Under the pieces are notes generated by a model. The model did not search any database, had not been told where the DNA came from, and saw only the letters and a list, made by a program, of their open reading frames with translations. Shown here piece by piece: positions 31,454-41,764 of a DNA stretch of 64,000 nt; the stretch's first letter is position 1; every line of letters starts with the position of its first letter. This DNA is from an uncultured virus (IMG/VR IMGVR_UViG_3300042294_002635). Lineage: Duplodnaviria; Heunggongvirae; Uroviricota; Caudoviricetes. The stretch lies in IMG/VR virus record IMGVR_UViG_3300042294_002635. One strand, 5' to 3'. The position numbers and the translations under genes are program-made.

Positions 31454-32674
31454 GTGCTTGCTTCGGTTGTACGAATGTACGGAGAAATTTCCCCTGATAC
31501 CCTGGCGTTTGTGCACGACTTTACCCGTTGTGTGAAACCGGACGGTGGGGTGTACGGTACGGCAGGACAATGTCGCAAGGGGGTGGAGTCCGCAAAGGAA
31601 ACTCGCAGCATTCGACGAGAGTCTGTGCTTAAGAGTGTAGAACTTTACCAAAAGAATGGCTCTGACGATCTAAACAAGAATCTAAAGACTCTTGAGGGAA
31701 TGCTCTTGTCAAAGCCGGGGTACCGCACACATCTCACTGAGAGTGCACTTACCGCCTTGCGGTATCTTCGCCTAAAGTCCCACTTGGAGAAGAAGGCAGA
31801 GCAGACACAACAAAAGGGAGCTCTTCAGAGTCAATACGAAGAATTAGGGAGAAACTCACCGAAGTACACGCAAACACCCGGATCGAGCAAACCTTTACCG
31901 AAAGCCACGGTTGAGAAAGAGGTTGAGCTTCTTGAAAAAGAACTTGAAGCACTGAAGAAAAGAGTCCGAGCAATAGGAGAGCCTACCGACGACGTGTCAA
32001 GAGAGAAGCTTTTACACCTGCAAAAGGAAGGTATGGAGCTCGGTCGAACACTTTCGAGTGCTCGCAAGGGCACTCTGTTACCACCGATTCTCACGTCTGT
32101 GTACGAACGACAAGGTTTTCATGCTCGACCGGAAGTTGTTGCAACACGATCGGAACTAGAGTCAAGAAAGGATATAGCTAGGAACCCTGACGGAAGGCCA
32201 ATTGTAGCCTATCGCGGCGTAAGTTCAAATGAGTTTTCCTTGCAGTTCAAAGGTGGTGGTCCAGACGGAGACAAGCACTTTCCTGGTGGCGGGATTTACG
32301 GGAGTGGGAGTTACTCTGCTTCTTCACCTTCATCTGGCAAGGTTAAACATGATAAGTGGGCCCAAGAGACAGCGAAAGACTATACAGGTGACTGGAGAAA
32401 CGCCACAACCATGGTTTCAGCTTTTGCATTTCGGTCCGACGCACGACTCGTTCAGTTTGAGGGGGAGGGGAAGCAGTTTAAGCAGTGGGAAGAAGAAACA
32501 TTGAAAAAGGCAAGAGAGATAACAGGGTATGACCATCACGATGTTGGATCCGCCGCTGCATCACTCGGGATACATGCGTACAGAGTTCCTCAAACAGACG
32601 GCCAAGACTTCTGGGTTGTTCTCAACCGTGGAGCAATCATCGTAGCGAACGACCCTGAATTAACACCGGACTAA
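31454..32674 (+). CDS. leader-motif protein with putative C-terminal ADP-ribosyltransferase-like domain
   Basis: Leader DFTRCVKPDGGVYGTAGQCRKG; C-terminal 'AYRG...GGGIYGSGSYS...FWVVLNR'. Confidence 0.5.
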   Translation: MLASVVRMYGEISPDTLAFVHDFTRCVKPDGGVYGTAGQCRKGVESAKETRSIRRESVLKSVELYQKNGSDDLNKNLKTLEGMLLSKPGYRTHLTESALTALRYLRLKSHLEKKAEQTQQKGALQSQYEELGRNSPKYTQTPGSSKPLPKATVEKEVELLEKELEALKKRVRAIGEPTDDVSREKLLHLQKEGMELGRTLSSARKGTLLPPILTSVYERQGFHARPEVVATRSELESRKDIARNPDGRPIVAYRGVSSNEFSLQFKGGGPDGDKHFPGGGIYGSGSYSASSPSSGKVKHDKWAQETAKDYTGDWRNATTMVSAFAFRSDARLVQFEGEGKQFKQWEEETLKKAREITGYDHHDVGSAAASLGIHAYRVPQTDGQDFWVVLNRGAIIVANDPELTPD

Positions 32675-32827
32675 AATGAACCTTAACGACCCTACAACCA
32701 GCCGCACTCTCGCGGCACTTATACAGAACATTGCAGCGGATTCCCGTGAGCAGTTTCGACAGGATGCTGCCCAGACCCCAGACATGAAAACCTTTCTGAA
32801 AGGGTTAAACCGGTACAAAACCACTCT

Positions 32828-33016
32828 GTGAAAATCTCTCGCAGTGAGATCGCTTACGGCGAAGCAATGAAAAAGCTTTTCACAGCCCAGTGGAACATTC
32901 CTCAAGCAGCCGCTGCACTCGGAAAGCCAGCGAGAGAAGAAAGCTGGTAAGAAACGAAAGAATTATTCCGTGAATATTGCGTGGAACACATACCTATCGC
33001 CTTCAACGCCGGGTAG
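32828..33016 (+). pseudogene. small cyanophage-type gene with internal stop
   Basis: MKISRSEIAYGEAMKKLFTAQWNIPQAAAALG...SW*ETKELFREYC; TAA at 32948 is in frame. Confidence 0.45.
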
Positions 33017-33045
33017 TTTACCAACTCGAGAAAGGACTATACTGT

Positions 33046-33219
33046 GAAAGTCCTGAGACGTAAATACGTCGCCCATTATGAGTGAGTTCCTTGTCTTCAC
33101 AGACAAGGTAGGACTCGGAGCCTAACATTGCGCTCTTAAATAAAATGTGCCGTGGGAAAATGCACCTTGAAACAGGTGAGTGACCGTTTCCTATACGGAT
33201 GCCGAATTCTCTTTAGTAA
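33046..33219 (+). ncRNA. candidate structured 5' leader RNA upstream of lysozyme
   Basis: Helices AGTCCT/AGGACT, GACGTA/TACGTC, CCTTGTCT/AGACAAGG, CACCT/AGGTG, CCGTG/TACGG. Confidence 0.55.
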
Positions 33220-33858
33220 ATGCTCAACCTCACTACATTTGTGGCCGTTTCCCTCGTTGGAACTGCTGCAACCCCTTTCAGCAACACCGTTGCCGCTAGG
33301 GACATTGCCCCAGAAACAACTTTCGAATCGCGCTTCATTTGCACAGGCTGCGGTCCAATCAATTCTCTGCCGACTCTCGCTTACAAACTCACCCCTGAGC
33401 GTAGAGCTCTACTAAACACCATTCGCTTCGCCGAGGGAACCTGGAAAGAAGGCCATAATGACGGCTACCGGGTTGTATTCGGGGGTGGAATGGTATCCAC
33501 GCTAGACCGACACCCTAACCAAGTACGCTACTCGCCGCGTTATGCTAGCGCAGCAGCGGGGGCCTACCAGTTTCTGCCAAGTACTTGGTATGAGGCAGCC
33601 CGAAAGCTCAACCTGAGCGATTTCGGTCCCACTAACCAGGATCAGGCTGCCTTGTACTTAATCGAGCGACGCGACGCTTTGCACATCGCTGACTCTGGGA
33701 AGATTACCCCAACTCTACTCGCAAGACTCGCACCAGAATGGGCTTCCCTTCCAACTTACAATGGAAGCAGCTACTACGGTCAGCCGGTTAAAACCTACGA
33801 CAACCTTCGCCTCTTCTATGAGAACAACTTGGCGTTGTTGCGCCAGGAGGAAGGTTGA
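33220..33858 (+). CDS. lysozyme/muramidase (lambda R-like, GH24/GH104) with N-terminal signal-like sequence
   Basis: ALLNTIRFAEGT, GY...FGG, AAAGAYQFL..TW, QDQAALYLI, EWASLP. Confidence 0.9.
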   Translation: MLNLTTFVAVSLVGTAATPFSNTVAARDIAPETTFESRFICTGCGPINSLPTLAYKLTPERRALLNTIRFAEGTWKEGHNDGYRVVFGGGMVSTLDRHPNQVRYSPRYASAAAGAYQFLPSTWYEAARKLNLSDFGPTNQDQAALYLIERRDALHIADSGKITPTLLARLAPEWASLPTYNGSSYYGQPVKTYDNLRLFYENNLALLRQEEG

Positions 33859-34013
33859 TGGGCGGTTTCCCGAACTTTACCTTGGGCCTTTCACGAGCTA
33901 AACTTGGGTCCAGCCTGAAACGGCTTCAGCTAGGTATACCTTCGCTGGGCCAACGGGCACTGAGCCGTGGTTGCGTAATGCAACGAACACGGATGTTGAA
34001 CTCTACTTTTTTC

Positions 34014-34367
34014 ATGCGTCTTACAAGACTCGCTTCATTCTTTCTCGCCGCCGGACTTCTCTCCGGAGCACCCGCTCAAGCCAAGCAGTGCGGTCAAGCC
34101 AGCTGGTACGGTCCAGGCCTCTACGGAAATAAAACTGCCAACGGGGAGACTTTCCGACCCGGAACCATGACCGCTGCTCACCCGTACCTCCCCCTCGGGT
34201 CTTGGGTGCGAGTTGTCAATCGCGACAACGGTCTTATTGCCGACGTTCGCATTAACGACCGAGGACCCTATGTCGGTGGACGAATCATCGACCTGGGGCA
34301 CGGATCTGCTCAGCGTCTTCGAGTAACTGAGAGTGGACTCGCTAACGTTTGCATCACTCGCATTTAA
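34014..34367 (+). CDS. rlpA: RlpA-family septal ring lytic transglycosylase (DPBB)
   Basis: GQASWYGPG..G.KTANGE, TAAH..LPLG, VRINDRGPY..GRIIDL. Confidence 0.9.
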   Translation: MRLTRLASFFLAAGLLSGAPAQAKQCGQASWYGPGLYGNKTANGETFRPGTMTAAHPYLPLGSWVRVVNRDNGLIADVRINDRGPYVGGRIIDLGHGSAQRLRVTESGLANVCITRI

Positions 34368-34420
34368 CCCCGTAGGGTGGTAACTTCGGTTGTCACCCTT
34401 TCCCATAGCTGTCCTGCCTA

Positions 34421-34687
34421 ATGATTTTCTACGACTCAACCCACGCCCAACGATTTGGGACTCAATTGTGCGAAGCACGGCTTTCTCAGGGATGGTCCAA
34501 GCAGGACATTGCGTTTGCCGCACAAATACCCGTAGAACTTCTTCGAAAGATTGAGCGAGGCTCCGAGGTAGACGTGGGGTTTGTGGCAGATGTTGCAAGA
34601 GTGCTCGGGATTGTATTCACAATACTGCCTACCCGTGCAACACCGTTTTTCACCATCGAATGTAATTCTCTTGAGGTTAGTCCATGA
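34421..34687 (+). CDS. XRE-family HTH protein
   Basis: 'ARLSQGWSKQDIA.AA.I....L.KIERG'. Confidence 0.75.
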   Translation: MIFYDSTHAQRFGTQLCEARLSQGWSKQDIAFAAQIPVELLRKIERGSEVDVGFVADVARVLGIVFTILPTRATPFFTIECNSLEVSP

Positions 34688-34929
34688 AAATGCAACAGCT
34701 TAAGCCGAAAGAACCTGACGGCTTCACTCTCATAGAACTCGTAATTTGCGTCGCTATTACTGTCATACTCCTCTCTGTTTCATCGAGTTTACTATTCGGT
34801 AAAAGTCCGTACAGAATGAGTGACTGTGTTCGATCTGGGGGAAACTGGACCGAAGGCACGGAGAACGGCAGCCCTGTCGCCCTTTGTACTTATGGCCCTG
34901 GCCATGGCTCCACAAGTCCTGAGAACTAA
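34684..34929 (+). CDS. prepilin-type N-terminal cleavage/methylation protein (mini-pilin)
   Basis: G|FTLIELVI.VAI class III signal; C-terminal Cys pair. Confidence 0.75.
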   Translation: MKMQQLKPKEPDGFTLIELVICVAITVILLSVSSSLLFGKSPYRMSDCVRSGGNWTEGTENGSPVALCTYGPGHGSTSPEN

Positions 34930-35051
34930 CGCAACCACCGTAGTTGTAACTCTAAGAGGGTTAGCAAAGTTTTGCAAAGGTTCGCACCCTTACAACTACT
35001 TTCCGGGATATGTAACCCGGTTCTGTACAGAAAACACACACAAAAACAAAC

Positions 35052-35687
35052 ATGACTTTTAAACTTATTGCCGCGTTAGCAGTTGCTTCCTTCCTGTCAA
35101 CTCCGGTAGTGGCGTCCGAGGTTGGAAACTACGTCGGAGTTGGAGTGAATCTTAACCGCCAAGGAGTTGACGGTACCGAGTACACTTCGAACCGCACCGT
35201 CGCTGGAGTTTCGGTTCAGTCTCGGTTCCGTCTGAGCGAGCCATCCAATGTATCCACCTCTGTTCGCCCTTTCTTTAACTTTGCGGCTGGCCCCGACAGC
35301 CAAATTGGCTCTGCCGCTGGTGTCCTTGGCACCGTTGACTTTTCTCTTTCCGGTCGCATTGCTCCGATTGAAGAGGCGGTTGGGGTGACAGGGGCAACAG
35401 GGGCAACAGGGCCAACGGGTCCAGTCGGTGAAGCCGGAACATACGTGAGTGACACGAACCTTTACGTTGGTATAGGTGGTCAATGGGCGTTGACGAACGA
35501 CGGACAAGCCAACTACCAGACAAGTGTCGGACAAGGATCCCAGTTCCTCTTCGTTGCTGGTGTTGAGCGTTCTTTCTCACCTTCCCTCGTCGGGTTCGCT
35601 GATGTGAAATTCCCAACCCAGACGAATGGTATTTCCGGAACGGCTTACGCCCCTGTCGGCACTGTTGGGCTCGGGTTTAAGTTCTGA
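35052..35687 (+). CDS. outer-membrane beta-barrel-like protein with collagen-like insert
   Basis: Signal peptide, alternating strands, terminal Phe (GLGFKF); GVTGATGATGPTGPVGEAG insert. Confidence 0.7.
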   Translation: MTFKLIAALAVASFLSTPVVASEVGNYVGVGVNLNRQGVDGTEYTSNRTVAGVSVQSRFRLSEPSNVSTSVRPFFNFAAGPDSQIGSAAGVLGTVDFSLSGRIAPIEEAVGVTGATGATGPTGPVGEAGTYVSDTNLYVGIGGQWALTNDGQANYQTSVGQGSQFLFVAGVERSFSPSLVGFADVKFPTQTNGISGTAYAPVGTVGLGFKF

Positions 35688-35856
35688 TTACCGTTAGAAG
35701 AACGGGGGTGAACCCCCCCTCTTTACTTTAAATTACTTAGGCTGTTTCTGATAAGTGAAGCACTAGGGCGCACAAACAAATAGATGAGTTTTGAGGGGGC
35801 AGCAAAGGAACCTCCAGTAGCTTCCCTTTAATTAAACATACCGTTGGTCAAGGAGC

Positions 35857-35919
35857 CGGTTAACCGTACCGCCAAGGGCGGTTTCCCGGCTTGTTTCTAC
35901 GGAGAAGAAACGGTATACT
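35857..35919 (+). promoter_or_regulatory. repeat element copy: two boxes + promoter, ATG at predicted +1
   Basis: CCGGTTAACCG..GGGCGGTTTCCCGGC TTGTTT..TATACT, ATG 35926. Confidence 0.8.
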
Positions 35920-36329
35920 TAGTTTATGGAAAACACCCCACTGAAAGCTTTCAGAAACTACCTTGCCGGAGCAAACCCAATGACACCCCTTAGAGACAGA
36001 ATTAACGCACTGACCAAGCAAAACCTCCAACAACTAATCGAAGACTACGAGCAGTTTGAGAGAGACGGGGCGATTGGAGACTGCTACCTTCGTTCAACTG
36101 CGAAAGAATTTGCAGAGTCTCTCGGGATACAGGTATCCGGCGTGTTGTGGATGAATAGGATCGCCTTCGAGGCATATCGTGAGCTTTTCTATCGAGTACT
36201 GCAGGACTTACCGTACGAGTGCAGCGGAAGTGGGTATACGGTCTAGTTTCACCCCCCGTACGCGGCGGGAAACCGTCCTTTACCCTCGCACCCAAACAAG
36301 CTATAGTAAGCTCACACCGTAAAACAACA

Positions 36330-37271
36330 ATGCACGTGACCAAAACTAAAGAGTATCAGAAAACAGAGCCGATCGAGGTTTACTTGAATCGTGACGGTCA
36401 AAACCTGTACAAGATTTCAAAGACCTCCTTTACGTTTAGTGCCGGTGAAAGGCAGGTCCGGTTGCATGACACTCCCACGAGTTCGACGGACATTATCGTA
36501 GACGCAGACATACACAGCGGAGAAAGTTTCGCCGAACTTCTTCTGACTCTGTCGGCCATCAAAGACCTTCCTGTGCTGCGAAGTCTACAATTGAACATCC
36601 CGTACTTACCTTATAGCCGCCAAGACCGCCAGTGTGCTGAAGGGGAAGCGTTTTCGCTAAGAACTTTTGTAAAAGCTCTCGCACCCTACCTTGACGGGGT
36701 AGGCGATAGGGTGTACACATGGGACGTGCACAGCCACGTTGCAAATGAGCTCTTTCGAACCGAAATCGGCTGCGAGTTCAACAACCTACAACCCCAACTG
36801 TTTCTCCAGAAGTTCAAAGACCGGGGGGAAGAGTTTAGTGCTAAGACAATTGTGATTGCTCCGGACAAAGGTGCAGTCGAAAGAGCAACCCTCGTTCAAC
36901 AAGCACTGGGACTCCACTCTGTAGTGTACGCTACGAAAGTTCGCAACCCCGAAGACGGGCAAATCCTAAGGACGGAAGTTCCAGAAGACGTCAGTTACAA
37001 GGGCAAAAACCTTCTGATTGTGGACGACATCTGCGACGGTGGTCGCACCTTTATCGAACTCGCCAAGGTTCTGCGTCAGTTCGATCCGTCTCGAATTGAC
37101 CTCTATGTAACTCACGGAATTTTCTCCAAGGGTTTTAAAGTGTTTGGGGGCTTAATCGACAACTTTCACGTTGCTAACTTGCTCCCTTATAAAAACTTTT
37201 ACCAAGAGTTACCCTCGAGCTTGACCTACCTTCGCACCGAAAACTACCCCACCCCCCGCAACCAACCATGA
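36330..37271 (+). CDS. ribose-phosphate pyrophosphokinase-like protein (NARP1 Adps-like)
   Basis: FSAGE..V, PYLPYSRQDR, DVHS, APDKGA, IVDDICDGGRTF, YVTHGIFSKG. Confidence 0.9.
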   Translation: MHVTKTKEYQKTEPIEVYLNRDGQNLYKISKTSFTFSAGERQVRLHDTPTSSTDIIVDADIHSGESFAELLLTLSAIKDLPVLRSLQLNIPYLPYSRQDRQCAEGEAFSLRTFVKALAPYLDGVGDRVYTWDVHSHVANELFRTEIGCEFNNLQPQLFLQKFKDRGEEFSAKTIVIAPDKGAVERATLVQQALGLHSVVYATKVRNPEDGQILRTEVPEDVSYKGKNLLIVDDICDGGRTFIELAKVLRQFDPSRIDLYVTHGIFSKGFKVFGGLIDNFHVANLLPYKNFYQELPSSLTYLRTENYPTPRNQP

Positions 37272-38782
37272 AAATTTTTGCGCCCCACGCAACCGACTTT
37301 TACAAGACAGGACACCCTTCGCAAAACCCAGACGGCACCGAGGTAATCTACGCCAATATGACGGCAAGATCCGACAGGTTGGCGAACATGCCCGCTGACT
37401 TCGATCACAAGATCGTCGTGGCGAACGTCCAAGGGACAATGAAGTGGATGCTTAGGGACCTTTGGAATGAGACCTTCTTCCAGCAACCCAAGGCCAAAGT
37501 GTTAGACAAGTACGAACGGCGAATGGACTCCTCGCTCGGAGAAGGTGTTGTCGGCACGGACCACATTGCTGAGCTTCACGACCTGGGCTACATGCCGCTA
37601 CACGTAAAGGCTCTGCCTGAGGGTAGCCGGGTTAACATTGGAGTGCCGTTTCTGACGGCGCAAAACACTCACAATGAGTTTAAGTGGCTGGCCCCGTGGC
37701 TAACCAACTATGTCGAAACAGCCAAGTCGTCGGAACTTTGGAAGGCCATCAATGTGGCAACCATCGCTTACGAGTTTCGCCGTCTTCTCGACCACTACGC
37801 TGAAGTCACAGGGAGTGACCCGCAGTTTGTTGACTTTCAGGGGCACGACTTCTCCGCTCGCGGAGTCGGAGGCATTCACGATGCCGCTGCGCACCAAATC
37901 GGCCACCTTTTTTCCTTCAAGGGCACGGACACAATCCTTTCCATTGACTACTTGGAAGATTACTACGAATGCGGTTCCGAGTTTATTGGGGGGAGTGTTC
38001 CCGCCACAGAACACAGTGTAACTTGCCTCGGAGGCCGGGAAAACGAAGTCGAGACAATTCGCCGGATTATCTCGAAAGTTTACCCCTCGGGGGTTATTAG
38101 TGTAGTCAGTGACACGTGGAATTACTGGGACACTCTCACAGTTACTGCTCCCAAACTGAAAGAAGATATTCTGAGCCGTAAGCCAAACGGGCTAGGGCTG
38201 GCCAAGGTCGTCTTCCGTCCCGACAGTGGTGACCCTGAGAAAATCATCTGCGGTGACGCTGACGCTGATCCAGGTAGCCGAGAGTACAAAGGCTCGCTTG
38301 AGCTTTTATGGGAGGTCTTCGGAGGAACGGTAAACGAGAAGGGTTTCAAGGTACTGAACCCTCGAGTTGGCTTAATTTACGGCGACTCGATCACTCTTCC
38401 ACGTGCCAGGGCCATCCTAGAGCACATGAGGCAGCTTGGGTGGGCGTCCGAAAACATTGTGTTTGGTATCGGTTCTTACACCTATCAATACCATACACGG
38501 GACACTTTCGGTATCGCATACAAAACGACCTGGGGGCAAATTAACGGTGTCGCCGTTGAAACTATGAAGGACCCTATTACAGACAGCGGCACGAAAAAGT
38601 CGGCGTTGGGTCTACTGCGAGTTGAAAGGGATGGGGAGAACTTTGTCCTTCATCAACAGCAGACTCGTGAGCAAGAGCAGCAAGGTGAGCTTCGCACCGT
38701 GTTCTTAAATAGCGTGGTCTACGGGGAGGACGTAAACTCACTGCCTAACATTCGTACTCGACTTCTCTACCCTGCGGCCTAG
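37268..38782 (+). CDS. nicotinamide phosphoribosyltransferase-like protein (NARP1 Namat-like)
   Basis: TDFYK.GH, HDFSARG, SVPATEHSV, SVVSDT, VFRPDSGDP, IYGDSIT, KDPITD.G.KKSA; overlaps the upstream gene (ATGA). Confidence 0.93.
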   Translation: MKIFAPHATDFYKTGHPSQNPDGTEVIYANMTARSDRLANMPADFDHKIVVANVQGTMKWMLRDLWNETFFQQPKAKVLDKYERRMDSSLGEGVVGTDHIAELHDLGYMPLHVKALPEGSRVNIGVPFLTAQNTHNEFKWLAPWLTNYVETAKSSELWKAINVATIAYEFRRLLDHYAEVTGSDPQFVDFQGHDFSARGVGGIHDAAAHQIGHLFSFKGTDTILSIDYLEDYYECGSEFIGGSVPATEHSVTCLGGRENEVETIRRIISKVYPSGVISVVSDTWNYWDTLTVTAPKLKEDILSRKPNGLGLAKVVFRPDSGDPEKIICGDADADPGSREYKGSLELLWEVFGGTVNEKGFKVLNPRVGLIYGDSITLPRARAILEHMRQLGWASENIVFGIGSYTYQYHTRDTFGIAYKTTWGQINGVAVETMKDPITDSGTKKSALGLLRVERDGENFVLHQQQTREQEQQGELRTVFLNSVVYGEDVNSLPNIRTRLLYPAA

Positions 38783-38882
38783 GCTTGGTACAAGGGGGGT
38801 TTACACCCCCTGTTCCGGGGTATAATTCTGAAAGAACTAACGTTCCCTCGTGCGATGGGGAAACACCTAAATCACAAAGGTC

Positions 38883-39473
38883 ATGGACTACAAGACAATC
38901 GCATACAAGAAAACCATTCTGGTTTTAAATGCCACGTACGAACCCTTGAACCAGACCTCGTGGCGAAGGGCTAGAGTGCTTGTATTGAAGGACAAGGCCC
39001 ATGTCGTGTCCAGCCGCACCATTCGCCTAAAGACGTACGTTAAGGTTCCCCAAGCCAAGATGGCAGCGGCGAAGCCATCTCGCACCTTGATTCTAAAACG
39101 GGACAATCACACCTGCCAGTATTGCGAGTACTCCGGTCCGAAACTAACACTGGATCACGTTTTACCAAAGTCAAGAGGTGGTCAAGACACGTGGCAGAAC
39201 CTGGTTACCAGCTGCCTTGAGTGCAACAACTGCAAGGACAATCGCACTCCGGAAGAGTGGGCGGTTGCCCTGAAGAAGGTGTTTGCGAAGGAAACCACGA
39301 ACGTTTCTTCGCTGCCTTTCAGCTGGGATAGCTTTCAGATTGGGATGATGGAAACCCGAGTTACTCGACGTGGTACCACTCTCGCCTCAAAGCCGAAGGC
39401 ACCTTACAGCAAAATGTCCGTTACAATCAGCACGGCGGAAGTTGAAGAGTGGCGTGAGTACGTCTATGTCTGA
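38883..39473 (+). CDS. HNH endonuclease
   Basis: LVLNA.YEP, RD.HTCQYC, TLDHVLPKSRGG..TW.NLV..C..CN..K. Confidence 0.9.
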   Translation: MDYKTIAYKKTILVLNATYEPLNQTSWRRARVLVLKDKAHVVSSRTIRLKTYVKVPQAKMAAAKPSRTLILKRDNHTCQYCEYSGPKLTLDHVLPKSRGGQDTWQNLVTSCLECNNCKDNRTPEEWAVALKKVFAKETTNVSSLPFSWDSFQIGMMETRVTRRGTTLASKPKAPYSKMSVTISTAEVEEWREYVYV

Positions 39474-41647
39474 CTCTGGGCAGTGTATACGGCACACCCA
39501 TGAGGACCTAAAGGGGACATCCTGGTGCGGGAGAGCCCTTTATAGCTCTGACTGGGTATTTCAGAGTTTAGACCAGGCTGCGTGCGCTCAAATGGGCGAG
39601 AGTTGCCAAGTTCCTTGCAAAAGGTGCCTAAAGACGGCTACAGATGCACTGAAAGGGAACTACAGGTTACCAAACCAGACAAATAGCGAGACACTGCAAA
39701 CCTCACTGGACGACTCCGCCCATGGGCACAAAATACTTGGAGAATTACAGAGAATTGTAGACCTTATTGGGGAAGGGCAGGTTAGACTGGATTCTACAAC
39801 ACAAGATATCACCTATAGTAATCTTTGGGACCTTTACGACTGAGCTCACCATGTTAAATAAACGCCTACAAGAACTTTTAAGCCAGTACCCTGATGACAC
39901 AGAGGTTATTCTGGTTACTCGCAGAAAACACGGCTATTGCTTTGAGAACGAGTTCACCATTGACAACATGGAAGTGAATCATTGTAACTACACTACAAAG
40001 TGGCAGAGTAACATCGATCACTATTCCCTCGTATACAATATATGTGAGTATCGAGACGAAGTTAACGGTAAACTTGTTGACCTTAAAATTCCCATGGTAA
40101 CGAAGAGAGTCATAGTTTTAGAGGGTTAGCCCGTGCCAAATAAAAAAGTCAAATCGGCGATGAAGGGAGTAAAGTTGCTGGCTGAACTCACCCTTTACTT
40201 TGCCGTGGCGTGCGGATCAGCTTATGGTGCCTTGAGACAGGGCTGGCCCCCTGAAATTCTAGCGGTGTCAGTAATTGCCGGTGGGTGGACTTACTTATTT
40301 TTAGACTCAGATGGCTACTAGTCCGCACATTCGGTTAACCGCTTGCTTCGGGGGGGTTTCCCGGCTTGTTTCTGCCCCGAAAAAGCGGTAAAATAACCAA
40401 GTAGCCAAGACCCATACAAAAATGACACCTTTCCCTCTGTATAAATCTGGTGGTAGCTACTTTATTGACTTTCCACCCCTACCTGGAGAGGAGGAGGGAT
40501 GCAATCACGTAGAAATATACGAGTACGACCACTGTGAGTGGTGCTGGTTGAACGAGGAAGAACACTCGGGTCCTTGGGGTAGCCTCAAAGAGGCTGAGGG
40601 GTCCGCACGTGAAATTTACGCAAGCAAGTGTTTGGAGGGAGTTCGCAACGATCTAAAAGACGCTTTTGAGCCATTTAATGGTAAATGCTTAGACGCGTCT
40701 AACGTGGAAACCCTCAAGGACTCTCTACGAGACGTGATTGTAAAGTACATCCCACTACCGTCTGTGCCAGTACTAAACTGGAAAGTTTTTTGCGACGATT
40801 CAAACAACTCTCCGCAAGATATCGGCAATGGCGTGATAAACGTTACAATCGTCTGCTCAACCTCAAGAACCAGTAAACACGAGACCCCAAATGACCAGTA
40901 ACAACGGAAATCAGTCACCGTACACTCCACGAAAACCAGTTTTACCGACACCGCCAGTAGTGCGGTCAAATAAGTCTAGCCCTTACGACGCAAGCGGGAG
41001 ACCTAAAGCAGAGTAACGCCTGATCAAGTACCAATCCTGACTGCGCCATGAACTCCCGAACCGCACCAAACCCGCTCCAACTCACGAAGATGATCTTCGA
41101 CTACTGGAAGAATTGGATTTCGGTACCACAGGAAACTACCCTTTGGGCCCTCAATTGTGACACTGAAGGTCTTTTCTGGCACGACGGCCACCACGCAACT
41201 TTCTGGTACCTGCTGAATGTTTCCTGGTATGCCATGAACGGTAAGCTTTACGCTTACACCGGCTGCAAAGAACCTTTTGACGGGTTGCTTCAGGACTTTG
41301 ATCTTGACGAATACTACTCCTGACTTCACCATGAACTTTCGAACCGCATGGCTTCGCTTTTACTACTCGGTAAAAGACTCTTTCGATGTGTTGGAGTGTC
41401 CTGACGACTACGATCACAGTGAGTCAGCCTTACCGCCACATGTTGACTGCCGGTTTATCCACGTCAACTCGAGATCGGGTGGGCTGGGGAACTTTCGGTG
41501 GGTAAACTCAAACCCTTCATCAGAGGGCTGTGTCAATACCTGGGGACGAATCATCTGGGCTGGACGATGGTCCCTGTTTGTTGTACCAGGTCGAATTCCC
41601 CGGTCCACGAGAAGCAAAAGACTCGAAGAGCTTCGGGCTCCGCGTTG

Positions 41648-41737
41648 GGGTGGTTAACCGTTTGCTCTGGGGCGGTTTACCCCCCTTGCCCTAGGGCGGT
41701 TTACACCCTTGTTTCTGCTCTGCAGAAACGGTATAAT
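41648..41737 (+). promoter_or_regulatory. repeat element copy with three tandem boxes + promoter
   Basis: Boxes spaced 22 and 24 bp; TTGTTT...TATAAT at 41732. Confidence 0.8.
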
Positions 41738-41764
41738 TGGTTCGTGACCAAAGCACCCCAACCC

